This document shows, piece by piece, positions 30,922 to 41,132 of a DNA stretch of 64,000 nucleotides. The translations under genes and the position numbers were made by a program. The notes beneath the pieces are model-generated. The model saw only the letters and a program-made list of their open reading frames with translations, was not told the DNA's origin and ran no database searches. The stretch is taken from the NCBI GenBank assembly GCA_964291405.2, contig OZ219926.1, positions 416,001 through 480,000 on the forward strand, given 5' to 3'. The DNA comes from Thermodesulfobacteriota bacterium. Lineage in GTDB: Bacteria > Desulfobacterota > Binatia > Bin18. How positions within the stretch are numbered: position 1 is the first letter of the stretch; each line of letters starts with the position of its first letter.

Positions 30922-33043
30922 CTATTCCCTCACCGTCATCACATACACCCCAGGGTTATCCAGCCGGACCTGCCAGCCGGGAAAGACCACGATTGCGGTC
31001 GTGATTTCCTCAATAATTGCTGGCCCGACGACCACGTTGCCCACGAGCAATTTGGCTCCATCGTAGACCGGTGTCGTCACAAAGGCATTGTGCTCTTCAA
31101 AGAAGGCCGGGCGTCCGACAACGAGACCACCGAGAACGTTCGCCGGTCTGGGCGCCGGCGGGGTCAGGAGTTCCACTGGCGAGTGGCGGCAATTGAGGCC
31201 GTGCGACTTTGCCCACGACAGTGGACTCCAGATTCATGATCTCGACCGCATTATCCCGCTCGCAATAGGTGAACAGTTCTTCGTGACGCGTGTGAAACGC
31301 CTCGGCAATCGCGCCGATATTACTAGTCGAGATGTCCTCCGGCGGGATATCGACCTGGCATTCATGGACCTGATCGACGTAACGCATGTCCAGCGAGCGG
31401 GAGATTGTTATCGCGTCCGGGTCCACTCCAGCGCTGCCCAGATCGTGCCGTCCCTGCGCTTCCATGGCCGCAAAGGTGTCGTTGAGCTGCGCGTAGTCCA
31501 CGGCGTCCAGGCGGACCGCGCTGGACGACAGATAGCTGTGTTTCATATCCGCCAGGATCTCACCAAACGCGCAGAAGGCGGAGGATATCTTGGGAATGAG
31601 AATGGTCGGAATGCCAAGCTCGCTGGCCAACCGACCGGCATGGGCCGGTCCAGCCCCACCGCCAACAACCATCATGAAGTCACGCGGATCATAACCACGT
31701 TCGATTGATACCCGCCGGATACCACTGACCATATTGGAGTTCACCAAAGTGAAAATCCCCTGGGCGGCTCGTTCAACATCCAGCCTGAGCGGACCGGCAA
31801 TCTCGGCGGTAATCACGCGGCGGGCCGCCTCGGCGTCGATCCGTAGCCGGCCGCCCAGCAGTGCTTCCTGGTTCAGATAGCCCAGCACGACCAGAGCATC
31901 GGTCACGGTCGGACGCTGTCCGCCCTGGCCATAGGCGGCCGGTCCCGGCTGGGCGCCGGCGCTCTCCGGCCCGACCTGTAATAACCCCATACGGTTCACG
32001 AAGGCGACGCTACCACCGCCCGCTCCAAGGGTCTCGACCTGCAGCATGGGGATGCCGATCCGGTAGCGCAGAAAATCAACATCCTTGACGATATTCGTCT
32101 TACCGTCCTTGCTCAGGCTGATGTCGAAGCTGGTGCCGCCCATATCCACCGTGATGATGTCACGCGGCCGGTCTCCAGTGTGCTCTTTACCTTCATGAAA
32201 GAACAGGCCGGCATTCGGCCCCGCGGCCGGTCCGGAATTCAGGGCGTAGATGCCCTTGTCGGCCAGGAAGCGACCGGAGGTCAGACCACCGTTGCTCTGC
32301 ATATAGCGCACCGGATTGGCGTAGCCCAGGTCGCGCAACAGGCCCTCCATACGCTCGACATATTGCTGGATGAGCGGACCGATATAGGCGTTCATCACGG
32401 TCGTGCTGGTCCGGGTGTACTCACGGATCTGGGGCAGCAGATCGACCGATAGCGTGACGTAGGTCCCAGGCATTTCTGCCCGGACCAACTCGGCGATACG
32501 CCGCTCGTGTTCGGGGTGCAGGAACGACCAGACCAGAGAGATGGCTACGGCCTCAACGCCCTCTTCCCGAAAGCGACGGATACCGCGCCGGACATCGGTT
32601 TCGTTGAGCGGAACACGGGCCTCACCCGTACTCAGCACGCGCTCTTCGACCGGGAAACGCAACGCGCGCGGGACCAGCATGGTTGCTTGGGGAAAATCCG
32701 CGTCATAGCGGTGCCCGTCTTCCTTGTGGCCGAGACGAATTTCGAGCGAGTCTTCATGGCCAGCGGTGCAGAACAGGCCGGTCTTGGCGCCCTTGTGTTC
32801 GAGCAGGGCGTTGACTCCGACGGTCGTGCCGAGAATGACCAAGTCGCAGTCTTGCAGGAAGTCCGCCACACTACAGCCGAGGTCGGCTCCAATCCGCTCA
32901 AGTCCTTCGCGCACGGCACTGGGCGGGTCGTGCGGGGTAGACGGCGTCTTATAGAGACGGATGCCTTCACCGGCCGAGGCCAGAATAAAGTCGGTAAACG
33001 TCCCGCCGGTATCGATGCCGAGACGGTAAGCATGCCGTGACAT
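30922..33043 (-). CDS. Hydantoinase A/oxoprolinase family, caprolactamase alpha (CapA)-like. Frame broken near the 3' end by a 25-bp insertion.
   Basis: GIDTGGTFTD, GHEDSLEIRLGHKEDGHRYD, SGPAAG and DMGGTSFD. The C-terminal PAFFEE..GPAIIEE lies in another frame. Confidence 0.88.
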
Positions 33044-33045
33044 GG

Positions 33046-34799
33046 TTACTTTCCGGCCACGAGCTTCTCTTGGACGCTGACCACGTAAGGCCGGTACCCC
33101 TGCGTGTCGTCCTCGACTTGGACCCCGTACTCCTCCCAGGCGCCTGGACGGACACGAAGCCGTTGCGCACGTCTTCGAGTACCTTGTCACGGTCGCGTTC
33201 ACGCGGGTCGCCCACGCCGCCGCCACCGGGGTTCTGGTTGGCGAAGCGTTCGCCGGGCTCGATTTCGGCAATCCGGTTGGTCTTGATCTCCTCGACGCTG
33301 CCGTCTTTCTTGTAATACAGCGCCCGTCCCACCTTGGGCTCACACAGCTTCGAGGCCGCACCGAGCGCGCCCTGAGCCGGATAGCGCCGTCCTTCGCCGA
33401 ACATGACAACCGTCATGGGATCGCGGAGCGGTTCGACTTCCCAGTGTGTACCCGAACCGCCGCGCAGTTTCCCTGCTCCACCCGAGTCCGTCATCAAACC
33501 GTAACGGTGGATGATGATGGGATATTGATATTCAAGAATTTCAACATCGCCACTTGTCAGGGCACCAAAACAGCACTGCGGCCCCACTGCCGGCCAGCCG
33601 TCCGTCTTATGCGAGGCACCACCACCGCTGATGATGGTAGCCAGGATCATAGAAACGTACTCTTCACCCGAGCGGTAATCCTGCCCGGCAATGTTCAGGC
33701 CATTTGAATGTCCCCAGGAAGCCACCGCCTTTTCGGGCAGGGCCTGTTCGAGCGCCATACGCACGGCGTCCGTAATCGACTCTGACGGGGTGGTTGTGCA
33801 GTTCGCGTGCGGCGCCGGTTCTTTGGCGTTGGTGAGGGTGCCTTCCGGGCCAACATCAACCGTAATGGGCCGATACAGCCCCTCGTTATACGGCGGGGGC
33901 AGTTGGGCGAACATCATCACCCCGAGATACACCCCAGACAGCGAGTTGGCCGCATAGGAGTTGATGAAATACGGGATCTGGGGTGGGCTCGACAGCGAGA
34001 CTGCCATGGTGTCTCCGGCGATCTCGACGGTCGCGGCAATCTCGATATCGCCATAGCCGTGTCCGGCGTCTTCGAGAACGGATTTACCGTGGTAGGTCCC
34101 ATCGGGAATAGCGCTGATAAACGCCCGCATCTGGTGTTCGGCCAGATCGAGCAGTTCCGCCATACAGACCATGACCACATCTTTGCCGTATTTCTCAAGC
34201 AGGCCGATCAGGTTGCGCTCGCCAATCGTGACCGCGGCAAGCTGGGCGCGCATATCCCCGGCTTGAAGCCGGCGGGAGCGGACATTGGTCAGAATAAAAT
34301 TCACCACATCTCGCCGCTCTACCCCGCGGTCCCGTATTTTCAGCGGCGGGATGCGCAGACCCTCGGCATAAATCTCTTTGGCTTCGGGGTTATAGCCGGC
34401 GGGTACGGGGCCGCCGATGTCGGTGACGTGCCCCTTGCTGACCGTCCAGAACACGAGCTCGTTCTGGTAGAAGACCGGCTTATACATGCAGCAGTCAACA
34501 ATATGAGAGCCACTCCAGGCGGGATCGTTGTGATAGAACACATCTCCCGGATGAATATCGTCGCCGAAATAGTTGGCAACGGTCCGCAGGGCCGGCATCA
34601 GCGAGCCTAAGTGAATGGGAATGTCCTGGCCTTGCAGAATCATCTCACCGCTACCGAGAAACAGGGCATTGGAGTAATCGCGCGCAATATTGAACACGGA
34701 CGAGCGCGACGTTTTCTCGATGGTCAGCGTCATCTCACGCTGGGTTGATTCAAGCATGCCCTGGACAACCGCCAAGGTGATCGGATCGGTCTTTGCCAT
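33046..34799 (-). CDS. Hydantoinase B/oxoprolinase family, caprolactamase beta (CapB)-like. One-base frameshift near 33142.
   Basis: DPITLAVV, QGQDIPIHLGS, HNDP..GSH, DSGGAGKLRGG and PGGGGVGDP. The tail AWEEYGV..AGK* is in a shifted frame ending at TAA 33048-33046. Confidence 0.9.
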
Positions 34800-34950
34800 A
34801 CTATCCTCTCTTCGCTTTGTGACGAGCGAGATCAGCCCCCTTGCACATCGTGGGCAACATAGCCAGCCTCTTCCTCCTCAGCAAGCCGTATTTGGCACGC
34901 GAGGCGAGTTTCTGCTATCTCCTCGGAAGGAAAACAACAAGGAGGACGAC

Positions 34951-35712
34951 ATGGGCCGTTTAGATGGAAAAGTCGCGATCATTACCGGAGCCGCGCGCGG
35001 TCAAGGCGCGGTGGCCGCCCAGACCTTTGCGCAAGAAGGCGCGTCCCTGGTGATCAGCGATATCCTGTCAGAGATCGAACACACCGCCACTCATATTCCT
35101 TCAGCCGGAGCCCAGGTCGAATGGGTCCAGGCGGACACCGCGGACCCGGACGGGATCAAGGCGGTTGTCGAAAAGGCGATGGCAAGCTTTGGTCGCATCG
35201 ATGTTTTGTATAACAACGCCGGAGTTATTTTAGGCAAACCGTTTCAGGAGACCACCCTGGAAGAATGGGAACGGATTATTCGGATCGATCTGACCGGACC
35301 GTTCCTGATGAGCCAGGCAGTGGTCGCACATATGGAGAAACAACAGAGCGGCTCGATTATTAATATCTCGTCAGCCGGCGGCATTCTTGGCTATCCGCAG
35401 ATGTCGGCCTATGGGGCGGCCAAGGGCGGGCTGGTGAACCTGACCCGTTGTATGGCGGTGGACCTGGCTCCGTATAATATTCGGGTCAATGCCATCTGTC
35501 CGGGCGCAATTGATACTCCCATGCCGCGCGAATACATCAAGGACATGGACAACAAAGAGGCGGTGTGGCAACAAATTGCCGACACACATCTGCTCAAGCG
35601 CTTTGGGAACTCGCACGAAGTGGTCTCCCTGGCGCTTTATCTGGCCTCGGATGAGGCGAGCTTTATGACGGGGGCAGTCATTCCGGTTGATGGCGGCCAT
35701 AGTGCGCATTAA
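34951..35712 (+). CDS. SDR family oxidoreductase
   Basis: TGAARGQG, NNAG and YGAAK. AGGAGG RBS. Confidence 0.93.
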   Translation: MGRLDGKVAIITGAARGQGAVAAQTFAQEGASLVISDILSEIEHTATHIPSAGAQVEWVQADTADPDGIKAVVEKAMASFGRIDVLYNNAGVILGKPFQETTLEEWERIIRIDLTGPFLMSQAVVAHMEKQQSGSIINISSAGGILGYPQMSAYGAAKGGLVNLTRCMAVDLAPYNIRVNAICPGAIDTPMPREYIKDMDNKEAVWQQIADTHLLKRFGNSHEVVSLALYLASDEASFMTGAVIPVDGGHSAH

Positions 35713-35825
35713 GTTCGCTCTGCGCCCTCGCTTCCCGCTGGGTGACGCAAAGGCGGGCCGAGGGAGTTGATTCTGTCGCATCGGGCACGATACTGTCTGC
35801 GTCTACTGGAAATGAGCGCACTATC

Positions 35826-36767
35826 ATGATCGAAGCCTCAGGTCTGACGAAACTCTACGGACCGTTTCGCGCCATCTCGGATGTGAGTTTTTCTGTTGAC
35901 CACGGAGAGATCGTGGGACTCCTCGGTCCGAACGGAGCGGGCAAGTCTACGACCATCCGCATTCTCGCCTGTATTCTGTCTCCGACCACGGGCACTGCCA
36001 GCGTTGCCGGCCATAACGTGCTGAGCGAATCTTTGGCCGTCAGACGTCAACTCGGCTATATGCCGGAGCACATCTCACTCTACCCGGAGATGGAGGTGGC
36101 CACCTATCTCGATTTTGTGGGCAAGCTCAAAGGGCTAGGCGGCACGGCACGGCGGGTCCGTGTGTCACAGGTCATTGAAGAACTGGACCTCGGCTCTGTT
36201 ACCCGCGTCTACATCGGGACGCTTTCAAAAGGCTACCGCCAACGTGTCGGTCTGGCCCAGGCCATGCTGCACGATCCCAGTGTGCTCATTCTTGACGAGC
36301 CGACCATTGGCCTTGACCCTGAGCAGGCAGCCGAGTTTCGACAGCTCATCCGCGGCATGCGCGGGAATCGGACCGTCTTGTTGTCCACCCATATTTTGCC
36401 CGAAGTGCGTATGACGTGCGACCGAGTGATGATCCTCGCCAGGGGCCAGTTGCTGGCCCTGGATACCCCAGACAATCTGACCCACCGGCTGCGCGATGCA
36501 AGTGAGATTGTAGCCCATATTGAGGGCCCGCAAGCCGAAGTGGAAACCCTCCTGCACGGCCTGCCCGGTGTCTACGAGGTCCAGGTGACCTCCCAGGAGA
36601 ATGGCGGTGCGACCTCCTATACGGTCCGTGCCGCTCAGCACGAGGATGTCCGGCCCAGCATCGTGGAAGCCGTGTCCGGACGTGGTTGGCGTTTATTTGA
36701 ACTCCGCTCCCGGGAAATGGACCTCGAGGAAATCTTCCACCGGGTGGTTGATCAGCCGCAGCCATAA
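35826..36767 (+). CDS. ABC transporter ATP-binding protein (GldA-like)
   Basis: GPNGAGKST, LSKGYRQRVGLA, ILDEPT and STHIL. Confidence 0.93.
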   Translation: MIEASGLTKLYGPFRAISDVSFSVDHGEIVGLLGPNGAGKSTTIRILACILSPTTGTASVAGHNVLSESLAVRRQLGYMPEHISLYPEMEVATYLDFVGKLKGLGGTARRVRVSQVIEELDLGSVTRVYIGTLSKGYRQRVGLAQAMLHDPSVLILDEPTIGLDPEQAAEFRQLIRGMRGNRTVLLSTHILPEVRMTCDRVMILARGQLLALDTPDNLTHRLRDASEIVAHIEGPQAEVETLLHGLPGVYEVQVTSQENGGATSYTVRAAQHEDVRPSIVEAVSGRGWRLFELRSREMDLEEIFHRVVDQPQP

Positions 36768-36792
36768 ACAACGGCATCGATGGGACCGGCAT

Positions 36793-39003
36793 ATGGTTCT
36801 CCGCGCAATTTTCGTTAAAGAACTCCGCTCTTACTTTGGCCTGTTTCTGGCGTACGCCATTGTGGCGGTTGCCCTGGCCTTGTGCGGTTTCTTCTTTTAC
36901 ACCGACATTAGCTTCTTTATGATGTGGGGCGGCCAGAACCTCGCACGTGGCTTGTGGGAGTTCTTTTTCCACGACCTTCGCTATGTCCTCCTGTTGCTCG
37001 TCCCGGCCATCACCGCGCGCTCGTTTGCGGAAGAAAAAAAACTCGGTACCCTCGACCTGTTATGGACCTACCCGATACCGGAGAGCAGCGTCTTACTGGG
37101 CAAATTCCTGGCGGCCGCCACCCTGCTGTTGGTCGTTCTGGGATTAACCCTGGTGTATCCCCTCGTCCTCTCGCATTGGCATCCCGAGGTATATTGGCCG
37201 GCGTTAATACCCGGCTATGTCGGTCTGCTGCTCATTGGCCTGGTGTTTATCAGCGTGGGTCTGCTCTTATCAGCGCTCACCGACAGCCAAGCGATTGCGG
37301 CCATGGCGACCCTCGGCGTACTCGTCCTGTTCTGGTCACTGACGTGGAACGAGCAGGCCATGAGTGAAGCCTGGCTCCACGTCCTGCTGCAAATTTCGCT
37401 CTTCGATCGCTTTTACAATTTCGCCCGCGGTGCGATTGACAGCCAGGAAATCACCTTTTTTCTCTTCTTTTTCTCATTCTTTTTGTTACTGACCTGGCAA
37501 GCGCTCCGCGCGCGGCGGTGGCGTGGCAAGGGGGAGTTCTCCTCGTTCAGGACGTTTCTCGCCACACCAAGCCGAAAGCAGTGGGTCACGGTGGCGGTTC
37601 TTGACCTGCTTATTTTGACCGGTCTGGTCGGTCTCCAAACGCTCTCCATTCGCAATAATCTGCGCTGGGACTTCACCCCCACGCAGACCTTATCCGTGTC
37701 AAAGCAGACAAAAAGCCTGCTGGCTGACCTGGACAAAGACGCGCGGCTCACTTTGTTTTTTGGCGGCTCTCCGGATGCGTATCAACGCTATGAGGATGTG
37801 CTCAAGCGCTTTCGCGCGGAAAACGCCTACTTCCAGTATCGGATTCTGCACCGGGACCGGAACATCGGGCTGGCCCGGCAGTACGGGGCGACCCATTACG
37901 GCACCGCGGTCCTCGAGTACGACGGGCAGCACAAACTCCTGCCAGGTGCAGGCGAGAAGACCATCACCGAGGCCCTGTTTCAGTTTCTCCGCCAGGAGCA
38001 AAAAACCATCTATTTCGTTGGTGGCCACGGCGAAAAAGACCCACGGAGCGGTCAGCCGCAGTTGGGCTATAGCCAAGCCGCTTCAGCCCTACGCAACGAG
38101 AATTTTATTGTCCGCCCCGTCTTTCTGGCTCGGGCCGAACGCATCCCCGAAGACGCGGCTCTCGTCGTGGTCAGCGGCCCGCAGACCGACCTCTTACCGG
38201 ACGAGCTTGAGCGTCTTGCCCACTATCTCTCGGCAGGCGGGAGCCTCCTCTTCATGCTCGATCCCATGCCGGCACCCAACCTGACCGCCTTCCTTGCCCA
38301 GTACGGTGTCGAGCTTGACCAGGATGTTGTCTACGATCCACAGAACAGACTCTTTGGAGGCGACGCGCTGAGCCCGCTGGTGTCGCTGTATAATACCGGA
38401 GTCGAGATCGTAAAAGACTTCCAGGTCGGCACCATTTTTCCGCTCTCCCGTTCGGTTGAGCCGGCCGATTCATTGCCGAGCAGCGTGCTCTCAGCCGAAC
38501 CGTTCTGCCGCACTGGCCCGGGTGCCTGGGCCCGCTTTCGGGCCGGAGCCGATTCCCCTGAAGGCGCAGTAGATTTTGAGGGCACGAAAGCCCGACCCGG
38601 CCCGATTTCCCTGGCAGTGGCGGCAACGCTTCGCCGCGCTCAAGCGGTCAGCCCGAATCCGGCGGACCAGCCGACCAACGGCGCTGCGCCGCCCGCCGAT
38701 GCCGACGCGGAAGCGGGTGGCCGCCTGGTTGTGTATGGGGACAGCGATTTTGCCAGCAATGCCCGGCTGTCCCTGCTGGGCAATAGAGACCTCTTTCTCA
38801 ACACGGTGCAGTGGCTGGTGCAGGACGAGAAGTTTATTACCGAACGCCCCAGGGATGCGACAATTCAGCAGAAAATTTCCACCTTGGTGCTTACCACGGA
38901 GCAGACGCGGCAGTTATTCCTCATCACCATTGTTGCTGAGCCTGGCGCGATTCTTCTGCTTGGCATGCTGGTTGCCATCTATCGACGCAGACACCGGCGC
39001 TAG
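36793..39003 (+). CDS. Fused ABC-2 permease (GldF-like) and GldG/ABC_transp_aux domain protein
   Basis: Six TMs with FAEEKKLGTLDLL, then RWDFT..LS, IYFVGGHGE, LVVYGDSDF, NRDLFLN and a C-terminal TM. Confidence 0.85.
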   Translation: MVLRAIFVKELRSYFGLFLAYAIVAVALALCGFFFYTDISFFMMWGGQNLARGLWEFFFHDLRYVLLLLVPAITARSFAEEKKLGTLDLLWTYPIPESSVLLGKFLAAATLLLVVLGLTLVYPLVLSHWHPEVYWPALIPGYVGLLLIGLVFISVGLLLSALTDSQAIAAMATLGVLVLFWSLTWNEQAMSEAWLHVLLQISLFDRFYNFARGAIDSQEITFFLFFFSFFLLLTWQALRARRWRGKGEFSSFRTFLATPSRKQWVTVAVLDLLILTGLVGLQTLSIRNNLRWDFTPTQTLSVSKQTKSLLADLDKDARLTLFFGGSPDAYQRYEDVLKRFRAENAYFQYRILHRDRNIGLARQYGATHYGTAVLEYDGQHKLLPGAGEKTITEALFQFLRQEQKTIYFVGGHGEKDPRSGQPQLGYSQAASALRNENFIVRPVFLARAERIPEDAALVVVSGPQTDLLPDELERLAHYLSAGGSLLFMLDPMPAPNLTAFLAQYGVELDQDVVYDPQNRLFGGDALSPLVSLYNTGVEIVKDFQVGTIFPLSRSVEPADSLPSSVLSAEPFCRTGPGAWARFRAGADSPEGAVDFEGTKARPGPISLAVAATLRRAQAVSPNPADQPTNGAAPPADADAEAGGRLVVYGDSDFASNARLSLLGNRDLFLNTVQWLVQDEKFITERPRDATIQQKISTLVLTTEQTRQLFLITIVAEPGAILLLGMLVAIYRRRHRR

Positions 39004-39051
39004 ACAGCCAAGGCTCAATCCTACGAGCCTCACGTATCCGCTCTCCAGGGA

Positions 39052-39804
39052 CTATTCGTCCGCTGTGGCTGGCTTCACGTGCCATTCGGTTAGCCACAGG
39101 CTGACCTTGCCTTGCCGCGGCCCAGCCTCATCACTCAAGCCACCCAGAAGGGTAAAGGATTCATCCCGCTGGACCATGCCAACACCAGGGGCGTACAGCG
39201 TCACTGCCTTGGCCTGGCCATTGCGGCTCCAAAAGGTGACTTCGATGCAATCTTCAAATACGCCCGCCGGTACTGCGGCCAACGTATCCAGCCCGGTGAT
39301 TTCGTAGCGTCCGGCAGACGTTTTCCAGGTCGCCCCTAGTGTAAGTGGCGTTTTGAGGATGAACTGAGGCTGCCCGTCTTCGGATGCGGCGTTGCTCGGC
39401 TGCATAACGACCCCAGTGGACGATGCGGAGACAAACTCCGCAGGAGCGTCCTTGGCCAGGAGACTCTGCTGAATGCGCAGCACATAGCCCGCCCCCTTTC
39501 GGCTGACCACCTCCCAGGTCTCGGTTACGGGGTTCGTTGGGGTGCCTTCACTCGACTCGTACAGCCAGCGATTGGCGATCGACAGGGGGAAATAGTCGCC
39601 GGGCAGTTTGGTTACCTGGCCGGTCGCCGGGCTTGCCCCCACGGTCAGCAGCAGGGTCCCTAAAGTAGAATAGACGCACCATCGAATTACCCTCCCCCTA
39701 GCCCTCGCCCAGGGAAAGAGGGCTATACCCAGGTCTGGCAGGAGTCGGACATTGCCAATACTCGGCCTTGTGTCAGTTTTCTTTGTGCCCCTATAATCAC
39801 CCAT
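39052..39804 (-). CDS. Hypothetical secreted protein; true start uncertain (probably near 39682)
   Basis: DYFPL..W.Y, VPAGVFEDC and YAPGVGMV motifs of a beta-rich exported family. Hydrophobic stretch LGTLLLTVGA. Confidence 0.6.
   Translation of the reverse strand: MGDYRGTKKTDTRPSIGNVRLLPDLGIALFPWARARGRVIRWCVYSTLGTLLLTVGASPATGQVTKLPGDYFPLSIANRWLYESSEGTPTNPVTETWEVVSRKGAGYVLRIQQSLLAKDAPAEFVSASSTGVVMQPSNAASEDGQPQFILKTPLTLGATWKTSAGRYEITGLDTLAAVPAGVFEDCIEVTFWSRNGQAKAVTLYAPGVGMVQRDESFTLLGGLSDEAGPRQGKVSLWLTEWHVKPATADE
39690..39723. repeat. CCCTC(N)CCCTA(N)CCCTC...GAGGG-type intergenic palindromic repeat
   Basis: ccctccccctagccctcgcccagggaaagagggc. Related copy at 58846-58880. Confidence 0.5.
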
Positions 39805-39836
39805 CTTTTCGTAACAAGGGCCCTATGGAGCGCAGC

Positions 39837-40979
39837 ATGGAACGCATTGTAGACATCGTAGCCTACCCGACCTCTTTTCCTCTACCCCAGAATGCGACCG
39901 TTCAGCTTGGTATTGGTCGCGCTGTCAAACGCGACGCTGTTGTGGTTAAGGTCCACACCGAAAATGGACTGATTGGCTATGGTGAGTCTCACCACGCGCG
40001 GGCCCCCGGCACGGTCGCGCATGTCGTGAATACGACCTTACGCCAACTCGTGCTAGGCATGGATGCATTCGACACCACAGGAGTGTGGGAACGTGTCTAT
40101 ACCATGCAACTCCAGAGTCACGGCTTGGGCGCTGGGGCTGCCATAGCCCTGAGCGGCATTGATATGGCGTTGTGGGACATTCGCGGGAAGGCCTCAGGTT
40201 GGCCCTTGTACAAACTCCTCGGCGGCTCGGCCCAGCCAATTCCTGCGTATGCAGGGGGTGTTTCCTTGGGCTATCAAGCGCCGGAACATCTGGTGGAAGA
40301 AGTGCGTGCCCTGACGGAGCTGGGCTATAGCGCCGTGAAACTCCGCGTTGGAGATACTCCACAGCGTGACCTCGAACGGGTCCAAGCTGTCCGTGCCGCG
40401 TTTGGTCCTGACCTCACCTTATTGGTTGATGCAAATACCGGCTATTGCCTTGAAGATGTCCGTCAGGTCATGTCGCGATTCGACGAACTCGCGGTCGGGT
40501 GGTTGGAAGAACCCTTTGCGGCCCACGACTACCGGAGCTATGCCACTGCGGCGACTTTTGGCCATATACCGCTTGCCGCGGGAGAGAATCATTACACTCG
40601 GTTTGAGTTTGTGCGGCTTATCGAGGATGGCGCTATTCGTATTCTACAGCCGGACTTGTCAAAGACAGGTGGTGTGACTGAGGCTATGCGCATCGCTGCG
40701 TTAGCTTCAGCATGGAAGCTTCCGATCCACCCACATACATCGATGACTGGGATTAACATGGCTGCCACCATCCATTTTCTCGCCGCTATTAACAACGCCG
40801 GATATTTCGAAGCGGATGTTTCTCAGAACAATTTATTTCGTGACGAACTCGTCTCTACACCGTATAGGCTTGATGCCAAGGGCAGTGTTCTCCCCCTTGA
40901 AAAGCCGGGAATAGGGGTAGAAGTGGACGAAGATTTCCTGAGTGTACACCCCGTGATTGAAGGGCCTGGCTACGTCTAA
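39837..40979 (+). CDS. Mandelate racemase/muconate lactonizing enzyme (enolase superfamily)
   Basis: SGIDMALWD, KLRVG, VDAN, WLEEP, AGEN and QPDLSKTGG. Confidence 0.92.
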   Translation: MERIVDIVAYPTSFPLPQNATVQLGIGRAVKRDAVVVKVHTENGLIGYGESHHARAPGTVAHVVNTTLRQLVLGMDAFDTTGVWERVYTMQLQSHGLGAGAAIALSGIDMALWDIRGKASGWPLYKLLGGSAQPIPAYAGGVSLGYQAPEHLVEEVRALTELGYSAVKLRVGDTPQRDLERVQAVRAAFGPDLTLLVDANTGYCLEDVRQVMSRFDELAVGWLEEPFAAHDYRSYATAATFGHIPLAAGENHYTRFEFVRLIEDGAIRILQPDLSKTGGVTEAMRIAALASAWKLPIHPHTSMTGINMAATIHFLAAINNAGYFEADVSQNNLFRDELVSTPYRLDAKGSVLPLEKPGIGVEVDEDFLSVHPVIEGPGYV

Positions 40980-41132
40980 TCTTCCAAGTTACAGGCCGGA
41001 AAATGGATGACCAGGATGAGATTCTTGCCGTTACGCGCGAGCGTTCATTGTATCAGGACGAAGCGGTTTTGGAGACGTGCGTATATGAATCGCTTGCAGG
41101 AAGCCGAATTGAATGAGAGACAGAGTGATCCT

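Noticed and set aside
31120-31130. GAGACC (BsaI site) inside the 25-bp insert as a sign of engineering
   Set aside because: A single 6-mer is expected by chance and occurs elsewhere in the window. There are no vector features.
33130-33150. Programmed frameshift in the CapB-like tail
   Set aside because: There is no slippery heptamer. It is best explained by one missing G in CAGG(G)CGCC, a homopolymer-type error.
41003-41116. 37-aa ORF MDDQDEIL..SRIE in an intergenic gap
   Set aside because: Weak RBS and no recognisable family. It cannot be supported without homology data.
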